From: an uncultured Desulfarculus sp.
Lineage (GTDB): Bacteria; Desulfobacterota; Desulfarculia; Desulfarculales; Desulfarculaceae
Length of the DNA: 64,000 nt
NCBI GenBank assembly: GCA_963665125.2
Contig: CAXXUK010000001.1
Coordinates: 2,144,001 to 2,208,000 of the forward strand
Reading direction: 5' to 3'
The position numbers and the translations under genes are program-made. Shown here in pieces: positions 20,893 to 31,044 of this stretch. Below the pieces are notes generated by a model. The model saw only the letters and a list, made by a program, of their open reading frames with translations, searched no databases and was not told the origin of the DNA. The stretch's first letter is position 1; each line of letters opens with the position of its first letter.

Positions 20893-23328
20893 CTAGTCCC
20901 GCAGCACGGCCACCGTGGCCCCGGCCCCGCCCTGCTGGCGGCCGGCCTGGCGCACTTCGGCCACGAACGGATGGTTGCGCAAATAATCCCGCACCGCCGC
21001 CCGCAAGGCGCCGGTGCCCACTCCGTGAACGATATTTATACTGCCGCGGCCGGCCACAACGGCCTGGTCCACGGCCTTGTCCACCAGGGGCAGGGCGTCT
21101 TCCACGCGCATGCCCACCAACTTCAGGTCCAGGCCGCTGCCGGCCTCCACCTGCACCGACACACCGGATGGTTTGGGCTGCGCCGGTTTTTGGTCCGGAG
21201 CGCCGCCCAGGCTTTCGATATGGTCCAGGGGCACCATGACCCGCACCCCGGCCACGCCCACCGAAACGGCGACGACGTCGGAACCCGGCCTGGGGTCTTC
21301 CATGAGCGTGCCGGTCTGACCCAGATTCAAGGCCCGGACCTTGGCCCCGGCCTTGAGCACCACCGCCCTGTCGGCCTTGGCAGCCGCGACCGGTTCCTTG
21401 GGCGGGGCCACCACGGCCTCGACCTCGTCCAGGGCCTGACGGCGGGCCGAATACAGTTCCTGTTTGATTTTGCCCGGTTTAACGGCCTTTTCGCTCGGGC
21501 CCGGTTCGGGCACCTGCTCCAGCATCTGCTCCAGGCGTTTTTCCAGGCGGGCGGCCACATCGCGCACCCGGCGCTTGCCCTCGGCCAGGGCCCCGGCCCT
21601 TTGCTCCTTGGCCTGCCTGAGGAAAAGCCGGGCCTCCTTGCGCTCCTCACCGGCCCGGAGACGGTCCCGGCGGGCCTCGGCGCGGTGATAATCGGCCTGC
21701 TGGCGCACCCGTTCGGCGTCCTGCAACAGGGCCACGGTATGGCTCTCGCCGGTGTCCAGGTTGGCCTCGGCCGCGGCTATCACCTCATCGGGGAAGCCCA
21801 AACGGCGGCTGACGTTGATGGCGTCGCTGAACCCCGGCGAGCCGTAGTTGAGCTGATAGGTGGGCATGCCGGTGGTCTCGCTGAACGACACCGATACGTT
21901 TTCCACACCCTCAGTGGCCGCGGCATAGGCCTTGAGGCGATGAAAGTGAGTGGTTGCCAGGGCCCAGCTGCCCCGCTGGCGCAGCCAATCCAGAACGGCC
22001 ATGCCCAGGGCCGAGCCCTCGCCGGGGTCGGTGGCCGCGCCCAGTTCGTCGATGAGGGCCAAGACGCCCTTACCGGCCTTGCCGGTCATCCAGGCCAGGC
22101 GCGTGGCGTGGGCCGTGAACGTGGAAAGCTCGCGGTCGATGTCCTGATCGTCGCCGATCTCGGCCATGACCCGGCGGAACACCGGCACCCGGCTGCCCTG
22201 GTTGGCCGTCACATGCAGGCCGCACATGGCCATGAGGCAGATCAGGCCCATGGTTTTGAGCGTGACCGTCTTGCCGCCGGCGTTGGCGCCGCTGATGATC
22301 AGCACGCGGGAATTATCATCCATATGGATGTGCACCGGCACGGCGCCGCCCCGGCCCATGGCCTGACGCCAGGCCAACAGCGGATGGCGCACGCCCAGCA
22401 TATCGGCCTCCACGGCGTTGTTGAGCCGGGGCTCCTCCGCGTCGGTGCGGGCGCAGAACCGGGCTTGGGCCAACAGACAATCCAGCTTGGCCAGAGCCTC
22501 CAGGGCCTCGTACAGGGCCGTGAGGTTGCGGGCCAGGTCGGCCGCCACCTGGCGCAAGATGCGAATCTCTTCCTCGCCCTCCTGGCGGCGCAGGAGGGCC
22601 AGTTGGTTGTTGCCCTCCACGGCCTCCATGGGCTCGACAAAGCAGGTGGCCCCGGTGCCCGAGGTGTCGTGGATGATTCCGGCTATGCGGCTTTTCATTT
22701 CCGATTTGACCGGCACCACGAAACGGTCGCCGCGCTGGGTTATGACCTGGTCGCTGAAGATACCCGCCATGCCGGTTTCGTTGAACAACAGGCCCATGGT
22801 GGCCCGCAGCCTGTCCCTGGCCCGGCCCATGTCCTTGCGGATGCGGGCCAGCTCGGGCGAGGCGCTGGAGGCCACCGAGCCGCCCGGCCCGATTATCCGG
22901 CGGATGTCCTTGGCCAGTTCGGGCATGGGCATGAACGAATTACGCAAACGGAACAACTCGTCAAAGCGTTCCTCGGCCCCGTCCAGGAAAGAAGCCGCCG
23001 AACTCACCGAGCCCAGGAACACGGCCACCCGCTCCAGTTCGGGGCAGGTGAGGTAAGCGCCGTCCACGGCCAGGCGGCTGAATAGAATATCGATGTCATC
23101 CATGCCGTCCAGGGATGGGTCCTGGCTTTCGGAAAGCATGGCCCGCAGCTGGCTCAACCTGCGCTGACGGCGGCTGACCGTGGCCATGTCCGGGCAGGGC
23201 CGCAGGGCCCGCACCCGGGCCGCGCCGGGCGCACTGACGCACATCGAGGCCACCCGCTCCAGCAGGGCGGGCAGTTCCAGGGCGATCATGGTTTGTTTGT
23301 CGCAGCAGTCCGTAAGGTCACCGGACAT
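20893..23328 (-). CDS. mutS2: Endonuclease MutS2
   Basis: SGANAGGKT, LSTF, DELGAATDP, TTH and C-terminal Smr domain (VHGVGTGALR). Confidence 0.93.
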   Translation of the reverse strand: MSGDLTDCCDKQTMIALELPALLERVASMCVSAPGAARVRALRPCPDMATVSRRQRRLSQLRAMLSESQDPSLDGMDDIDILFSRLAVDGAYLTCPELERVAVFLGSVSSAASFLDGAEERFDELFRLRNSFMPMPELAKDIRRIIGPGGSVASSASPELARIRKDMGRARDRLRATMGLLFNETGMAGIFSDQVITQRGDRFVVPVKSEMKSRIAGIIHDTSGTGATCFVEPMEAVEGNNQLALLRRQEGEEEIRILRQVAADLARNLTALYEALEALAKLDCLLAQARFCARTDAEEPRLNNAVEADMLGVRHPLLAWRQAMGRGGAVPVHIHMDDNSRVLIISGANAGGKTVTLKTMGLICLMAMCGLHVTANQGSRVPVFRRVMAEIGDDQDIDRELSTFTAHATRLAWMTGKAGKGVLALIDELGAATDPGEGSALGMAVLDWLRQRGSWALATTHFHRLKAYAAATEGVENVSVSFSETTGMPTYQLNYGSPGFSDAINVSRRLGFPDEVIAAAEANLDTGESHTVALLQDAERVRQQADYHRAEARRDRLRAGEERKEARLFLRQAKEQRAGALAEGKRRVRDVAARLEKRLEQMLEQVPEPGPSEKAVKPGKIKQELYSARRQALDEVEAVVAPPKEPVAAAKADRAVVLKAGAKVRALNLGQTGTLMEDPRPGSDVVAVSVGVAGVRVMVPLDHIESLGGAPDQKPAQPKPSGVSVQVEAGSGLDLKLVGMRVEDALPLVDKAVDQAVVAGRGSINIVHGVGTGALRAAVRDYLRNHPFVAEVRQAGRQQGGAGATVAVLRD

Positions 23329-23420
23329 ATGGCGGCCGTGTCTCCCTCCGGCTTGGGCCGGATGATCAATGCTGTTTTGTTGAGGTGTCGTGCCTTTGAT
23401 GGCAAGTCCCCCAAAAGATA

Positions 23421-23870
23421 TCAGGAAGCGTTGATTCGCGCCTTGACCAGTTCGCTGACCAGCTTGCCATCGGCATTTCCGGCAAATTTGGCCATGGCCG
23501 CTTTCATCACCTTGCCCATGTCGCTAGGCCCCTGGGGCTGGATCTCGGCAAAGATTTCATCCAGTCCGGCCTCGATCTCGCCCCGGCCCAGCTGGGCGGG
23601 CAGATACGCCCCGATAATGGCGAGTTCGGCAAGTTCCTTGTCGGCCAGGTCCTGACGCCCGCCGTTGGTATATTGTTCGGCGGCGTCGCGACGCTGTTTG
23701 ACCAGCGACTTGAGCACGGCTATTTCTTCTTGTTCGTCCAGTTCCCGCAGTAGTTCCTTGGCCTTGCCGTTCAAGGCGGCCTTGACCAGGCGCAAACAGG
23801 ACACGGTTTCCGCGTCCCGCCGCTTCATCGCTGATTTCAGATCAGCCTCGATTTGAAGGCCCCGTCCCAT
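23421..23870 (-). CDS. yqeY: GatB/YqeY domain protein
   Basis: DLKSAMK, KQRRD, YLPAQL, DMGKVM and ADGK motifs; ATG 23870 with GGGAGG RBS. Confidence 0.92.
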   Translation of the reverse strand: MGRGLQIEADLKSAMKRRDAETVSCLRLVKAALNGKAKELLRELDEQEEIAVLKSLVKQRRDAAEQYTNGGRQDLADKELAELAIIGAYLPAQLGRGEIEAGLDEIFAEIQPQGPSDMGKVMKAAMAKFAGNADGKLVSELVKARINAS

Positions 23871-23927
23871 ATTCAGTCCTCCCACCGGAAAGGCACGGGT
23901 TCATAGAAGGGTTCCGGTCAACAAATA

Positions 23928-23956
23928 TTTCTACCGCCAGGCGCCCATTGTGTCAA
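23928..23956 (-). promoter_or_regulatory. Putative sigma70 promoter of yqeY-mutS2-dnaG-rpoD
   Basis: TTGACA-17 nt-TAGAAA on the minus strand. Confidence 0.55.
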
Positions 23957-24256
23957 ACGCCGTTTTTTCACATATGCTTGCCAATTCGAGCACCGGTTTG
24001 GCAAGATGGGCGACAGCCTTTTGTCCGTTACCGGGCCACCAGGCCGCGAGTGTTGAAAAACCCAGTCAAACTCCGTATCGCGTAGAGACGGGGTCCGGCA
24101 AGGCCGGAAGGCCATCACCGCGTAATCCGATGCTGATTCGATGCGTATGACGGGAAAAAGCGGACGGCGATGGTATATTACATGGCCGTTGGTCAATGGG
24201 AAGGCAAACGGAAGTCGACAAAATAAAATCATTATGGACACCGCCCGGCGGAAAAA

Positions 24257-25387
24257 ATGACGGATCAGGCCAAGTACATCTTCAGCGATAAATATCAGCA
24301 ATTCGACATGGGGCCGGACCATCCCCTGCGGATAAAGCGCCTGGCCATGGCCGATGAGCTGATCGAAATGTGCGGACTCGGCGTCCCCGCTGTGGATGTC
24401 CATCCTGCGACAAACGACCAACTGGCCCGGTTTCACGACCGCCGCTATCTGGAAACCCTGCGGGAATTCAGCCAGGGACCGATTAGCATGCCTTTTGCCA
24501 TGTTCGGCCTGGGCTCCAAGGACAACCCAATCTTCCCCGGCCTCTACGACTGGTGCGCCCTGGCCGCCGGGGCCAGCATCCAGACGGCCAGAGAGATACT
24601 CGACGGCGCGCCCAGGGCCTTTTCCCCGGCCGGTGGCATGCATCACGCCATGGCCGCCAGGGCCTCGGGTTTTTGTTATATCAACGACATCAACCTGGCC
24701 ATCATGGAGCTGACAAGCCGGGGCAAGCGGGTGGCCTACATAGACCTGGACGCCCACCACGGCGACGGCGTGCAGTGGGCGTTCTTCGGCTCCAGCCAGG
24801 TGTTGACCATCAGCCTGCACCAGCACCCGGAGACGCTTTTTCCCGGTTCGGGCGTGCTGGAGGAAATCGGCCGGGACGACGGGGTTGGCTGCAATGTCAA
24901 CATACCCCTGTGGCCCCACACCGACGATGACCTCTACATCCGCTGCTTCGAGGAGCTTGTCCCGCCCCTGGTCCAGGCCTTTGACCCGGATGTAGTCGTC
25001 AGCCAGATCGGCGTCGACGCCCTGCTGGACGATCCCCTGGCCAACCTGAACCTGACCACCGCTTCCCTGATGCGCTGTTTACAGACAGTGCGGGGCCTGG
25101 CCGGAGACGCCTGGGTGGCACTGGGCGGCGGCGGTTATCATCTGGCCAACGTGGCCCGGGGCTGGACCATGGCCTGGGCCGTGATCCAGGGCCGCGAGGA
25201 TGAACTGCCCGAGAGGATGCCCGATGAATTCATCAAACGCCACGGCCTGCCCCGAGACCAACACGATCTGCTGGACCCGCCGGGCAGCCTGCGTGGCCGT
25301 TACTACCCACGGGCCGTCGAAGAGGCCCGCGCCTCCATGGACTGGGTCAAGCGTCAGGTCTTTCCCCTGCACGGAATCAGGGCTTAA
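24257..25387 (+). CDS. acuC: AcuC / histone deacetylase-family Zn-dependent deacylase
   Basis: GGMHHA, SGFCYIND, DLDAHHGDGVQ, FPGSG and GGGGY motifs. Confidence 0.88.
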   Translation: MTDQAKYIFSDKYQQFDMGPDHPLRIKRLAMADELIEMCGLGVPAVDVHPATNDQLARFHDRRYLETLREFSQGPISMPFAMFGLGSKDNPIFPGLYDWCALAAGASIQTAREILDGAPRAFSPAGGMHHAMAARASGFCYINDINLAIMELTSRGKRVAYIDLDAHHGDGVQWAFFGSSQVLTISLHQHPETLFPGSGVLEEIGRDDGVGCNVNIPLWPHTDDDLYIRCFEELVPPLVQAFDPDVVVSQIGVDALLDDPLANLNLTTASLMRCLQTVRGLAGDAWVALGGGGYHLANVARGWTMAWAVIQGREDELPERMPDEFIKRHGLPRDQHDLLDPPGSLRGRYYPRAVEEARASMDWVKRQVFPLHGIRA

Positions 25388-25432
25388 CACCACTTGCGCG
25401 GCACCGCGACGCGGTGTAACCTGCTGCCAATC

Positions 25433-25852
25433 ATGACTGAACAAACTCAAGAAAAAAACATGGTCAAGGCGTTTGACTGCCTGCGGTGCAACAAATGCTG
25501 CACCGGCGAAGGCGCGGCATGGTTCGAGGAACATGAGTTGGCCGCCGCCGCCGAACTGCTCTCGCTGACAGTGGAGGAGTTCGTGGGCCGGTATTGCAGG
25601 TATAAAAACGAAAAATATGAAATCATATGCAATGAAGATGGCGTATGTTCCGTTCTGGGGCCCCAAGGCTGCCTGATCCACCAGGCCAAGCCGCGAATCT
25701 GCCGGGCGTGGCCGTTTCTGGACGCCATGCTCACCCGCGAGTCGGCCTTTGAAGAAGCCAAGCTCGTCTGCCCCGGCATCAACCCCGACGCCACTCATAA
25801 GCAGTTTCTGGCCCAATACGAGGCTGAAAAATCCACTTATAAAAAGGACTGA
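25433..25852 (+). CDS. YkgJ family cysteine-cluster protein
   Basis: CLRCNKCC, C..L...GCLIH..KP..CRAWPF and CPG; start 25433 or 25460. Confidence 0.85.
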   Translation: MTEQTQEKNMVKAFDCLRCNKCCTGEGAAWFEEHELAAAAELLSLTVEEFVGRYCRYKNEKYEIICNEDGVCSVLGPQGCLIHQAKPRICRAWPFLDAMLTRESAFEEAKLVCPGINPDATHKQFLAQYEAEKSTYKKD

Positions 25853-25855
25853 GCC

Positions 25856-27076
25856 ATGAGCGATATCCTCGGCAACCTGCCCCAGGGGGCCCAGCCCATC
25901 ACCAAAGACAAAAACGGCAAACTGATCGTGCCCAACACCCCGGCCGTGGGCTTTATCGAAGGCGACGGCATCGGCCCCGACATCTGGAAGGCATCCCGCA
26001 CCGTGTTGGACGCCGCCGTGCAAAAGGCCTATGGCGACACCAAGAAAATCGCCTGGGTCGAGCTTCTGGCCGGTGAAAAGGCCTATGAGCAGACCGGCGA
26101 ATATCTGCCCCAAAGCACCATCGACGGCATAGCCGACCTCAAGGTGGCCATCAAAGGCCCCCTGACCACCCCGGTGGGCGGCGGCTTCCGTTCCCTGAAC
26201 GTGACCCTGCGCCAGGTCCTGGACCTCTACGCCTGCATCCGCCCGGTGCGCTACATCCCCGGCGTGCCCAGCCCGGTCAAGCGGCCCGAGGCCGTGGACA
26301 TGGTCATTTACCGTGAAAACACCGAGGACGTGTACGCGGGCATCGAGTGGGCCTCTGGCACCGCCGAGGCCAAGCGCGTCATCGAATTCCTGGTAGACCA
26401 GATGGGCGTCAAGATCGACCCGGATTCGGGCATCGGCATCAAGCCCATGAGCCCCAAGGGGACCAAGCGCCTGGTGGCCATGGCCATGGACTACGCCATC
26501 GCTCTGGGCCGCAAGAGCGTGACTCTTGTGCACAAGGGCAATATCATGAAATTCACCGAGGGCGCATTCCGGGACTGGGGCTATGAACTGGCCGCCGAAA
26601 AATACGCCGACACCTTTGCCAAAGAGGGAGAGGACGCCCCCGGCAAACTGGTGATCAAAGACCGCATTGCCGACGCCATGTTCCAGCAGGTGTTGCTGCG
26701 GCCCGATGAATACGACGTGCTGGCCATGCCCAACCTCAACGGCGACTACCTCAGCGACGCCCTGGCGGCCCAGGTCGGCGGCCTGGGCATGGCTCCCGGA
26801 GCCAATGTCGGCGATATCGCCGCCCTGTTCGAGGCCACCCACGGCACCGCGCCCAAATACGCGGGCCTGGACAAGGTCAACCCCGGTTCGTTGATCCTCT
26901 CCGGCGTGATGATGCTGGAGCATATGGGCTGGCTGGAAGCGGCCAAACTGATTCCCGGCGCCGTGAGTAAGGCCGTGCAAGACGGCCAGGTCACCTATGA
27001 CCTTGCCCGGCAGATCAGCGGGGCCAGCGAGCTTAGCTGTTCGGGCTTTGCCGCTGCCGTGGCCGAGCGGCTTTAG
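25856..27076 (+). CDS. icd: NADP-dependent isocitrate dehydrogenase
   Basis: [40 protein letters not shown] and [11 protein letters not shown] motifs. Confidence 0.96.
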   Translation: MSDILGNLPQGAQPITKDKNGKLIVPNTPAVGFIEGDGIGPDIWKASRTVLDAAVQKAYGDTKKIAWVELLAGEKAYEQTGEYLPQSTIDGIADLKVAIKGPLTTPVGGGFRSLNVTLRQVLDLYACIRPVRYIPGVPSPVKRPEAVDMVIYRENTEDVYAGIEWASGTAEAKRVIEFLVDQMGVKIDPDSGIGIKPMSPKGTKRLVAMAMDYAIALGRKSVTLVHKGNIMKFTEGAFRDWGYELAAEKYADTFAKEGEDAPGKLVIKDRIADAMFQQVLLRPDEYDVLAMPNLNGDYLSDALAAQVGGLGMAPGANVGDIAALFEATHGTAPKYAGLDKVNPGSLILSGVMMLEHMGWLEAAKLIPGAVSKAVQDGQVTYDLARQISGASELSCSGFAAAVAERL

Positions 27077-27079
27077 GCC

Positions 27080-27772
27080 ATGGCTGCCGAAGCGGCGGCG
27101 CTTTTCAGGGCAGTGGCCGACCTGGCCTTCCCGCCGGTCTGCCCGGTCTGCGGCGCCGCCGTAAAGGACGGCAACAACTTTTGCGAAGACTGCCTGGAGC
27201 AGATCGAGCCGCCCCCGGTTGGCGACGCCCTCATCGACCACGGCGGAGGACTGGCCTTTAGCGGCGCGGCCTGCCTGGCGGCCCACGGCGGCCCGGTGGC
27301 CCAGTGCGTGCGGGCCCTGAAATACCGCCGGGACTGGGCCGCGGGCACGGCCCTGGCCGGCCTGCCCCGCATTGGCAGGCCCCAGGATTTCCTGGACTGG
27401 GCCGAGATCATCTGTCCGGTGCCCCTGCATGGCCGGCGTCTGGTAAGGCGGGGCTTCAACCAGGCCGCCTGGCTGGCCAAACGCCTGGGCCCCGGCAAGT
27501 TGCAGCTGCGGCTATTGCGGCGCATCCGGCGCACCGAGCCCCAGGTCGGGCTGGGTCCGGACCAGCGCCGCAGCAACGTGGCCGGGGCCTTTGCCGTGGA
27601 CCTGCGGCGCGCCGAGTTGGCCAGGGGCCGCCAGGTGCTGATCATCGACGACGTGCTGACCACCGGCTCGACCCTGCACGAATGCGCCTCGGCCCTGCGC
27701 GTGGCCGGGGCCGCCGATGTCCGGGTGCTGACAATCTCCCGGGCCAAGGGGAACGCTGATTATGAGCAATAG
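27080..27772 (+). CDS. comF: ComF family protein (double Zn ribbon plus PRTase)
   Basis: CPVC...CEDC, PVPLH, RGFNQA and [12 protein letters not shown] motifs. Confidence 0.9.
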   Translation: MAAEAAALFRAVADLAFPPVCPVCGAAVKDGNNFCEDCLEQIEPPPVGDALIDHGGGLAFSGAACLAAHGGPVAQCVRALKYRRDWAAGTALAGLPRIGRPQDFLDWAEIICPVPLHGRRLVRRGFNQAAWLAKRLGPGKLQLRLLRRIRRTEPQVGLGPDQRRSNVAGAFAVDLRRAELARGRQVLIIDDVLTTGSTLHECASALRVAGAADVRVLTISRAKGNADYEQ

Positions 27773-28280
27773 CTTTGACTCCCGGCGCAAGATCATGACC
27801 TGGGACCGGGCCGCAGATGCGGCCAAGGCCGTGCGCCAAGGCGGCGGCAAGGTGGTGTTCACCAACGGCTGCTTCGACCTGTTGCACGCCGGGCATGTGC
27901 GCTATCTGGGCCAGGCCCGCGAACTGGGCGACATGCTGGTCCTGGGGCTAAATTCCGACGCCAGCGTGCGCTCCCTTGGCAAGGGCGGCGACAGACCCAT
28001 CGTGCCCCAGGCGCAGCGGGCCGAGGTGGCCGCGGCCCTGGCGGCGGTTGACGCGGTGGTTATATTCGACGAATCCACCCCGGCCGAGCTCATCGAGGCA
28101 ATCGCCCCGGACATCCTGGTCAAGGGCGGCGACTGGCCCGTGGATCAAATCGTGGGTGCGGACTTTGTCCAAGGCCGCGGCGGCCGGGTCCTGTCCATTC
28201 CCCTGGTGGAGGGCCTGTCCACCACCGATATCGCCGCGCGCATCCGAAAAAGCGTTTCCGGCTCAGCCGATCAATGTTAA
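27762..28280 (+). CDS. rfaE2: D-glycero-beta-D-manno-heptose 1-phosphate adenylyltransferase
   Basis: [26 protein letters not shown] and STT motifs. Confidence 0.93.
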   Translation: MSNSFDSRRKIMTWDRAADAAKAVRQGGGKVVFTNGCFDLLHAGHVRYLGQARELGDMLVLGLNSDASVRSLGKGGDRPIVPQAQRAEVAAALAAVDAVVIFDESTPAELIEAIAPDILVKGGDWPVDQIVGADFVQGRGGRVLSIPLVEGLSTTDIAARIRKSVSGSADQC

Positions 28281-28340
28281 AACCAAGATTAAAGATCACA
28301 AGCCGGACAAATATCTAAAAAACAAACAGGGCGGGGAAAA

Positions 28341-29366
28341 ATGACTAAAAACAAAGACAACTCCGACAAGTGGAGCATCCTGAGCCTGTTCAATCCCTTC
28401 AAGGCGGAATCATCCATTGCCGGGCGTATAGGCAGGAGCGTAATGCTTTTGATCCTGCTGTATTTTCTGGCCGCGCCTTTTGTCTGCATCTATGAATACA
28501 ACCGGGCGTTCAAGGACTTTTTCAACCCCGTGCCCACCGACGCCAAGCAGAACCCGCCCAAACCGGGCGTGGTCTACTCCGGCGCGCTGATCACCATGGG
28601 CGACCAGATGCTCGATGCCTGGCTGCCCAATGACGTACTGTATCAGGCGGTCCTTTTAGACAACCCCCAGAACTGGCAGTTGGGCGTTTTGGAGGTGATG
28701 CGCTACTCCACCCGGGTCTTGCGCGACGATCTTTCGCGCCAGCGTACAACCGACAAGATAGACCCCAATTGCGAGGAGGCCTTCACGGCCTTCAGCAACA
28801 ACCCGATGCTCTGGATGTTTCCGGCCGCCGAGGCCAAATTCTCCAGCGGCGTCAAGGCCCTGCAAAAATACAAGCTGGGCCTGGAATCCGGCAAAAGCAG
28901 CTTTTACCCGCGCACCGACAACCTCATAGTGCTGACCGATCAATTCGCCAGCCTGCTGGGCGGTGAGAGCACCAAGCTGGCCAACGCCCCCAGAGACCGT
29001 GCCGAGCGCACCAGCGCCGAGACGGCCGGAGATCCCAACCTGGAAGAGAAGCCCCAAAAGACCTTTACCGAGGTGCCCTGGCTGGATATCGACGACAATT
29101 TCTATCATGCCCAGGGCGTGGCCTATGCCATGCGCCAGATGCTCATGGCCGCCCGCTGGGAATTCCGGGACGTCATCGAGATCAAACGTTCGGGCGCACT
29201 GTTGGATTCGGTCATCGACGAGCTTGAACTGGCCCAGTTCGAGCCCTGGATGGTCCTCAACGGCTCCAGGGACTCGATGTTCGCCAACCACAGTCTTACC
29301 TTGATGGCCACCCTGCAGGACGCCAGGCAAAAACTGCGCAGTTTTGCCGAAACCATGCGCAACTAA
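28341..29366 (+). CDS. DUF2333 family membrane-anchored protein
   Basis: N-terminal TM, WLPND, LDNPQNWQLG, IDDNFY and VLNGS...FANHSL motifs. Confidence 0.75.
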   Translation: MTKNKDNSDKWSILSLFNPFKAESSIAGRIGRSVMLLILLYFLAAPFVCIYEYNRAFKDFFNPVPTDAKQNPPKPGVVYSGALITMGDQMLDAWLPNDVLYQAVLLDNPQNWQLGVLEVMRYSTRVLRDDLSRQRTTDKIDPNCEEAFTAFSNNPMLWMFPAAEAKFSSGVKALQKYKLGLESGKSSFYPRTDNLIVLTDQFASLLGGESTKLANAPRDRAERTSAETAGDPNLEEKPQKTFTEVPWLDIDDNFYHAQGVAYAMRQMLMAARWEFRDVIEIKRSGALLDSVIDELELAQFEPWMVLNGSRDSMFANHSLTLMATLQDARQKLRSFAETMRN

Positions 29367-29395
29367 GCTGGCATGAACTTAACGGATTAGCGGCT

Positions 29396-29602
29396 ATGAC
29401 CACAACAAAGGGAAAATGCGAAGGCTGCCTGTTCTGCGAGGAACTCAGCGAGGGCACCGTGCGCTGCACCAATGCCGACTTGGCCGATGAGGCCGGCTGG
29501 GTCGACACCTATTGGCAGCTTGGCTATTTGGAATTCGACGAACCGGTGGACCCGCCGTGTTTCTGGTTCGTGCCCAAGGAAAAGGGCTTGTCGCTGTATT
29601 AG
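29396..29602 (+). CDS. Small Cys-rich hypothetical protein (68 aa)
   Basis: Fills the gap between DUF2333 and nrpR with GC3-rich codons; CEGCLFC...C...C. Confidence 0.6.
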   Translation: MTTTKGKCEGCLFCEELSEGTVRCTNADLADEAGWVDTYWQLGYLEFDEPVDPPCFWFVPKEKGLSLY

Positions 29603-29621
29603 CCGGCCTTGATGGTACGGT

Positions 29622-30611
29622 CTAGCGCAGCACCTTTTCATAGGGCAACAGGTCTTCGAAAGGCATCAGCGTGCCCATGGCCCGGTTGCCGGTGGGTATG
29701 GCCGCCTCCTCCACCGCGGCCATGGGATTGAGCCCGCCCAGAAGGATCAGGCCGACCCGACCCTCGGAGACCGGCACCTCCAACAGCGGTTGGCCCGGTC
29801 GGCCCATCATCAGGATACCGCCCAGACCGGCCCGCTCCATGCGCGCCCCGACCCTGCGGGCCAGGTCCGCGGCCTGGGCCGGTATTTCCCGGAAGCTGGC
29901 CCCCACCACGCCGTCGCCGGTGGCCGCCACCCGGCTCACCGATGTCATATGGCCCTTGATAAAGACCTCCAGGGGGTCCAGGGTCGTGCCGTCGTAATTG
30001 ATGATCTGTAAAAAGCGCTGGGGCTTGCCGCCGATCATCTGCAACAGGCCGCCGAAACGGTTGTGGGTGGGGATTCCCTCTGCCAAGAGCACGCCGTTGA
30101 CGCTGATGGAACAGATGGTGGCCACGCCGGTTTCTCCGGGCTGCACGGTGAGGCGGCCCAGCCTGGCCCCCGGACCGGCCAGCAGAATGCGGCGGCCCAT
30201 GGAAAGCCCGGCGTCAAACACCCGGCGCATCAGTTCTATGGCGTGGCTGGCCCTGGATGTGGCAAAGGTGGAGACATTGACCACCACATTGCCGCGGCCC
30301 TGGCGCAGCTTGAAATCCATGCCGAATGTCAGCGCGTCGCAGCGGGCGGCCACGAAACCGACCTTGTCCACCACAAAGGCGCTTTCCAACTCGCCGCGGC
30401 CCTTTTCGGTGAGCCTGCGGCCCCGGCGGCCCACGCTTACGGTGAGGCCTTCCTCATCGGTGACGTTGAGATAATAGCGGATGGTCCGCTGGCTCATCTC
30501 CCGGCCCGCCAGGCTCAGGGCATGGGCGATACGAGTTCCGCCCAGAGGCCTTTCGGCCTCACCAAGCACCCGCAGAATATCGAGCATTTTACGCCGGCTT
30601 CGGTCATCCAT
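29622..30611 (-). CDS. nrpR: NrpR-family regulator (winged HTH plus one NrpR regulatory/DUF128 domain)
   Basis: N-terminal HTH (SQRTIRYYL), TICSISVNGVLL..GIP, YDGTTLDPLEVFI, ASFRE and GGLNP motifs; ATG 30611, alternative GTG 30626. Confidence 0.85.
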   Translation of the reverse strand: MDDRSRRKMLDILRVLGEAERPLGGTRIAHALSLAGREMSQRTIRYYLNVTDEEGLTVSVGRRGRRLTEKGRGELESAFVVDKVGFVAARCDALTFGMDFKLRQGRGNVVVNVSTFATSRASHAIELMRRVFDAGLSMGRRILLAGPGARLGRLTVQPGETGVATICSISVNGVLLAEGIPTHNRFGGLLQMIGGKPQRFLQIINYDGTTLDPLEVFIKGHMTSVSRVAATGDGVVGASFREIPAQAADLARRVGARMERAGLGGILMMGRPGQPLLEVPVSEGRVGLILLGGLNPMAAVEEAAIPTGNRAMGTLMPFEDLLPYEKVLR

Positions 30612-30638
30612 AAGATTTCTCCGCACAAAATCACATAA

Positions 30639-30682
30639 AACCTAGCCGAGCATCTGGTTGCCGTCAAGTCAAAAACTGCAAT
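30639..30682 (-). promoter_or_regulatory. Putative nrpR sigma70 promoter overlapped by an imperfect dyad
   Basis: Minus-strand TTGACG(30667-30662)-17 nt-TAGGTT(30644-30639); dyad GTTGCCGTCA-N6-AAACTGCAAT at 30657-30682. Confidence 0.5.
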
Positions 30683-30811
30683 ATTGCCGTTAGATGGTGC
30701 CTAAAAGTCCCACGCGAACACCACTAATCAATTGCCCAATGTTATTAGCCATGCTAATTTATTATTGGATATAGGGCTGTTGAATCAATATATTTTCATC
30801 ACCTGAGGCTA

Positions 30812-30874
30812 TTGACAAAATGGTAAACACATGGGATATATGCAGCCATTGCCGTTTTGACGGGAAACGGCAAT
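30812..30874 (+). promoter_or_regulatory. Putative nadE-operon promoter followed by a perfect 10-bp inverted repeat
   Basis: TTGACA at 30812-30817 with a weak -10 (GATATA/ATATAT); ATTGCCGTTT-N7-AAACGGCAAT at 30848-30874. Confidence 0.55.
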
Positions 30875-31044
30875 ATGTGGCGGATTTTTGGCGAGCTAAG
30901 CGGTATAAGAATCATATGGGGCGTTTTTCAGGCCCCACAGCAAAGACAACCGCGCTCAAGGGCGGAGACTCAGGCGACCAGCCGCGCATATTCAGCGGCG
31001 GCGAACAGGCGTCTATTGGCTCCGACCCGGCTGGAGGGAACACT

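Noticed and set aside
20311..23085. 924-aa plus-strand ORF, and similar long antisense ORFs (25079-27430, 8205-9785, 51126-52499)
   Set aside because: They lie opposite well-supported genes (mutS2/dnaG, icd, acyl-CoA ligase, glnA) and show typical shadow composition.
30820..31044. 75-aa N-terminal extension of NadE in the ORF track
   Set aside because: It overlaps promoter/operator sequence. The domain begins at LRVAQAQIN, where a TTG has a strong GGAGGG RBS.
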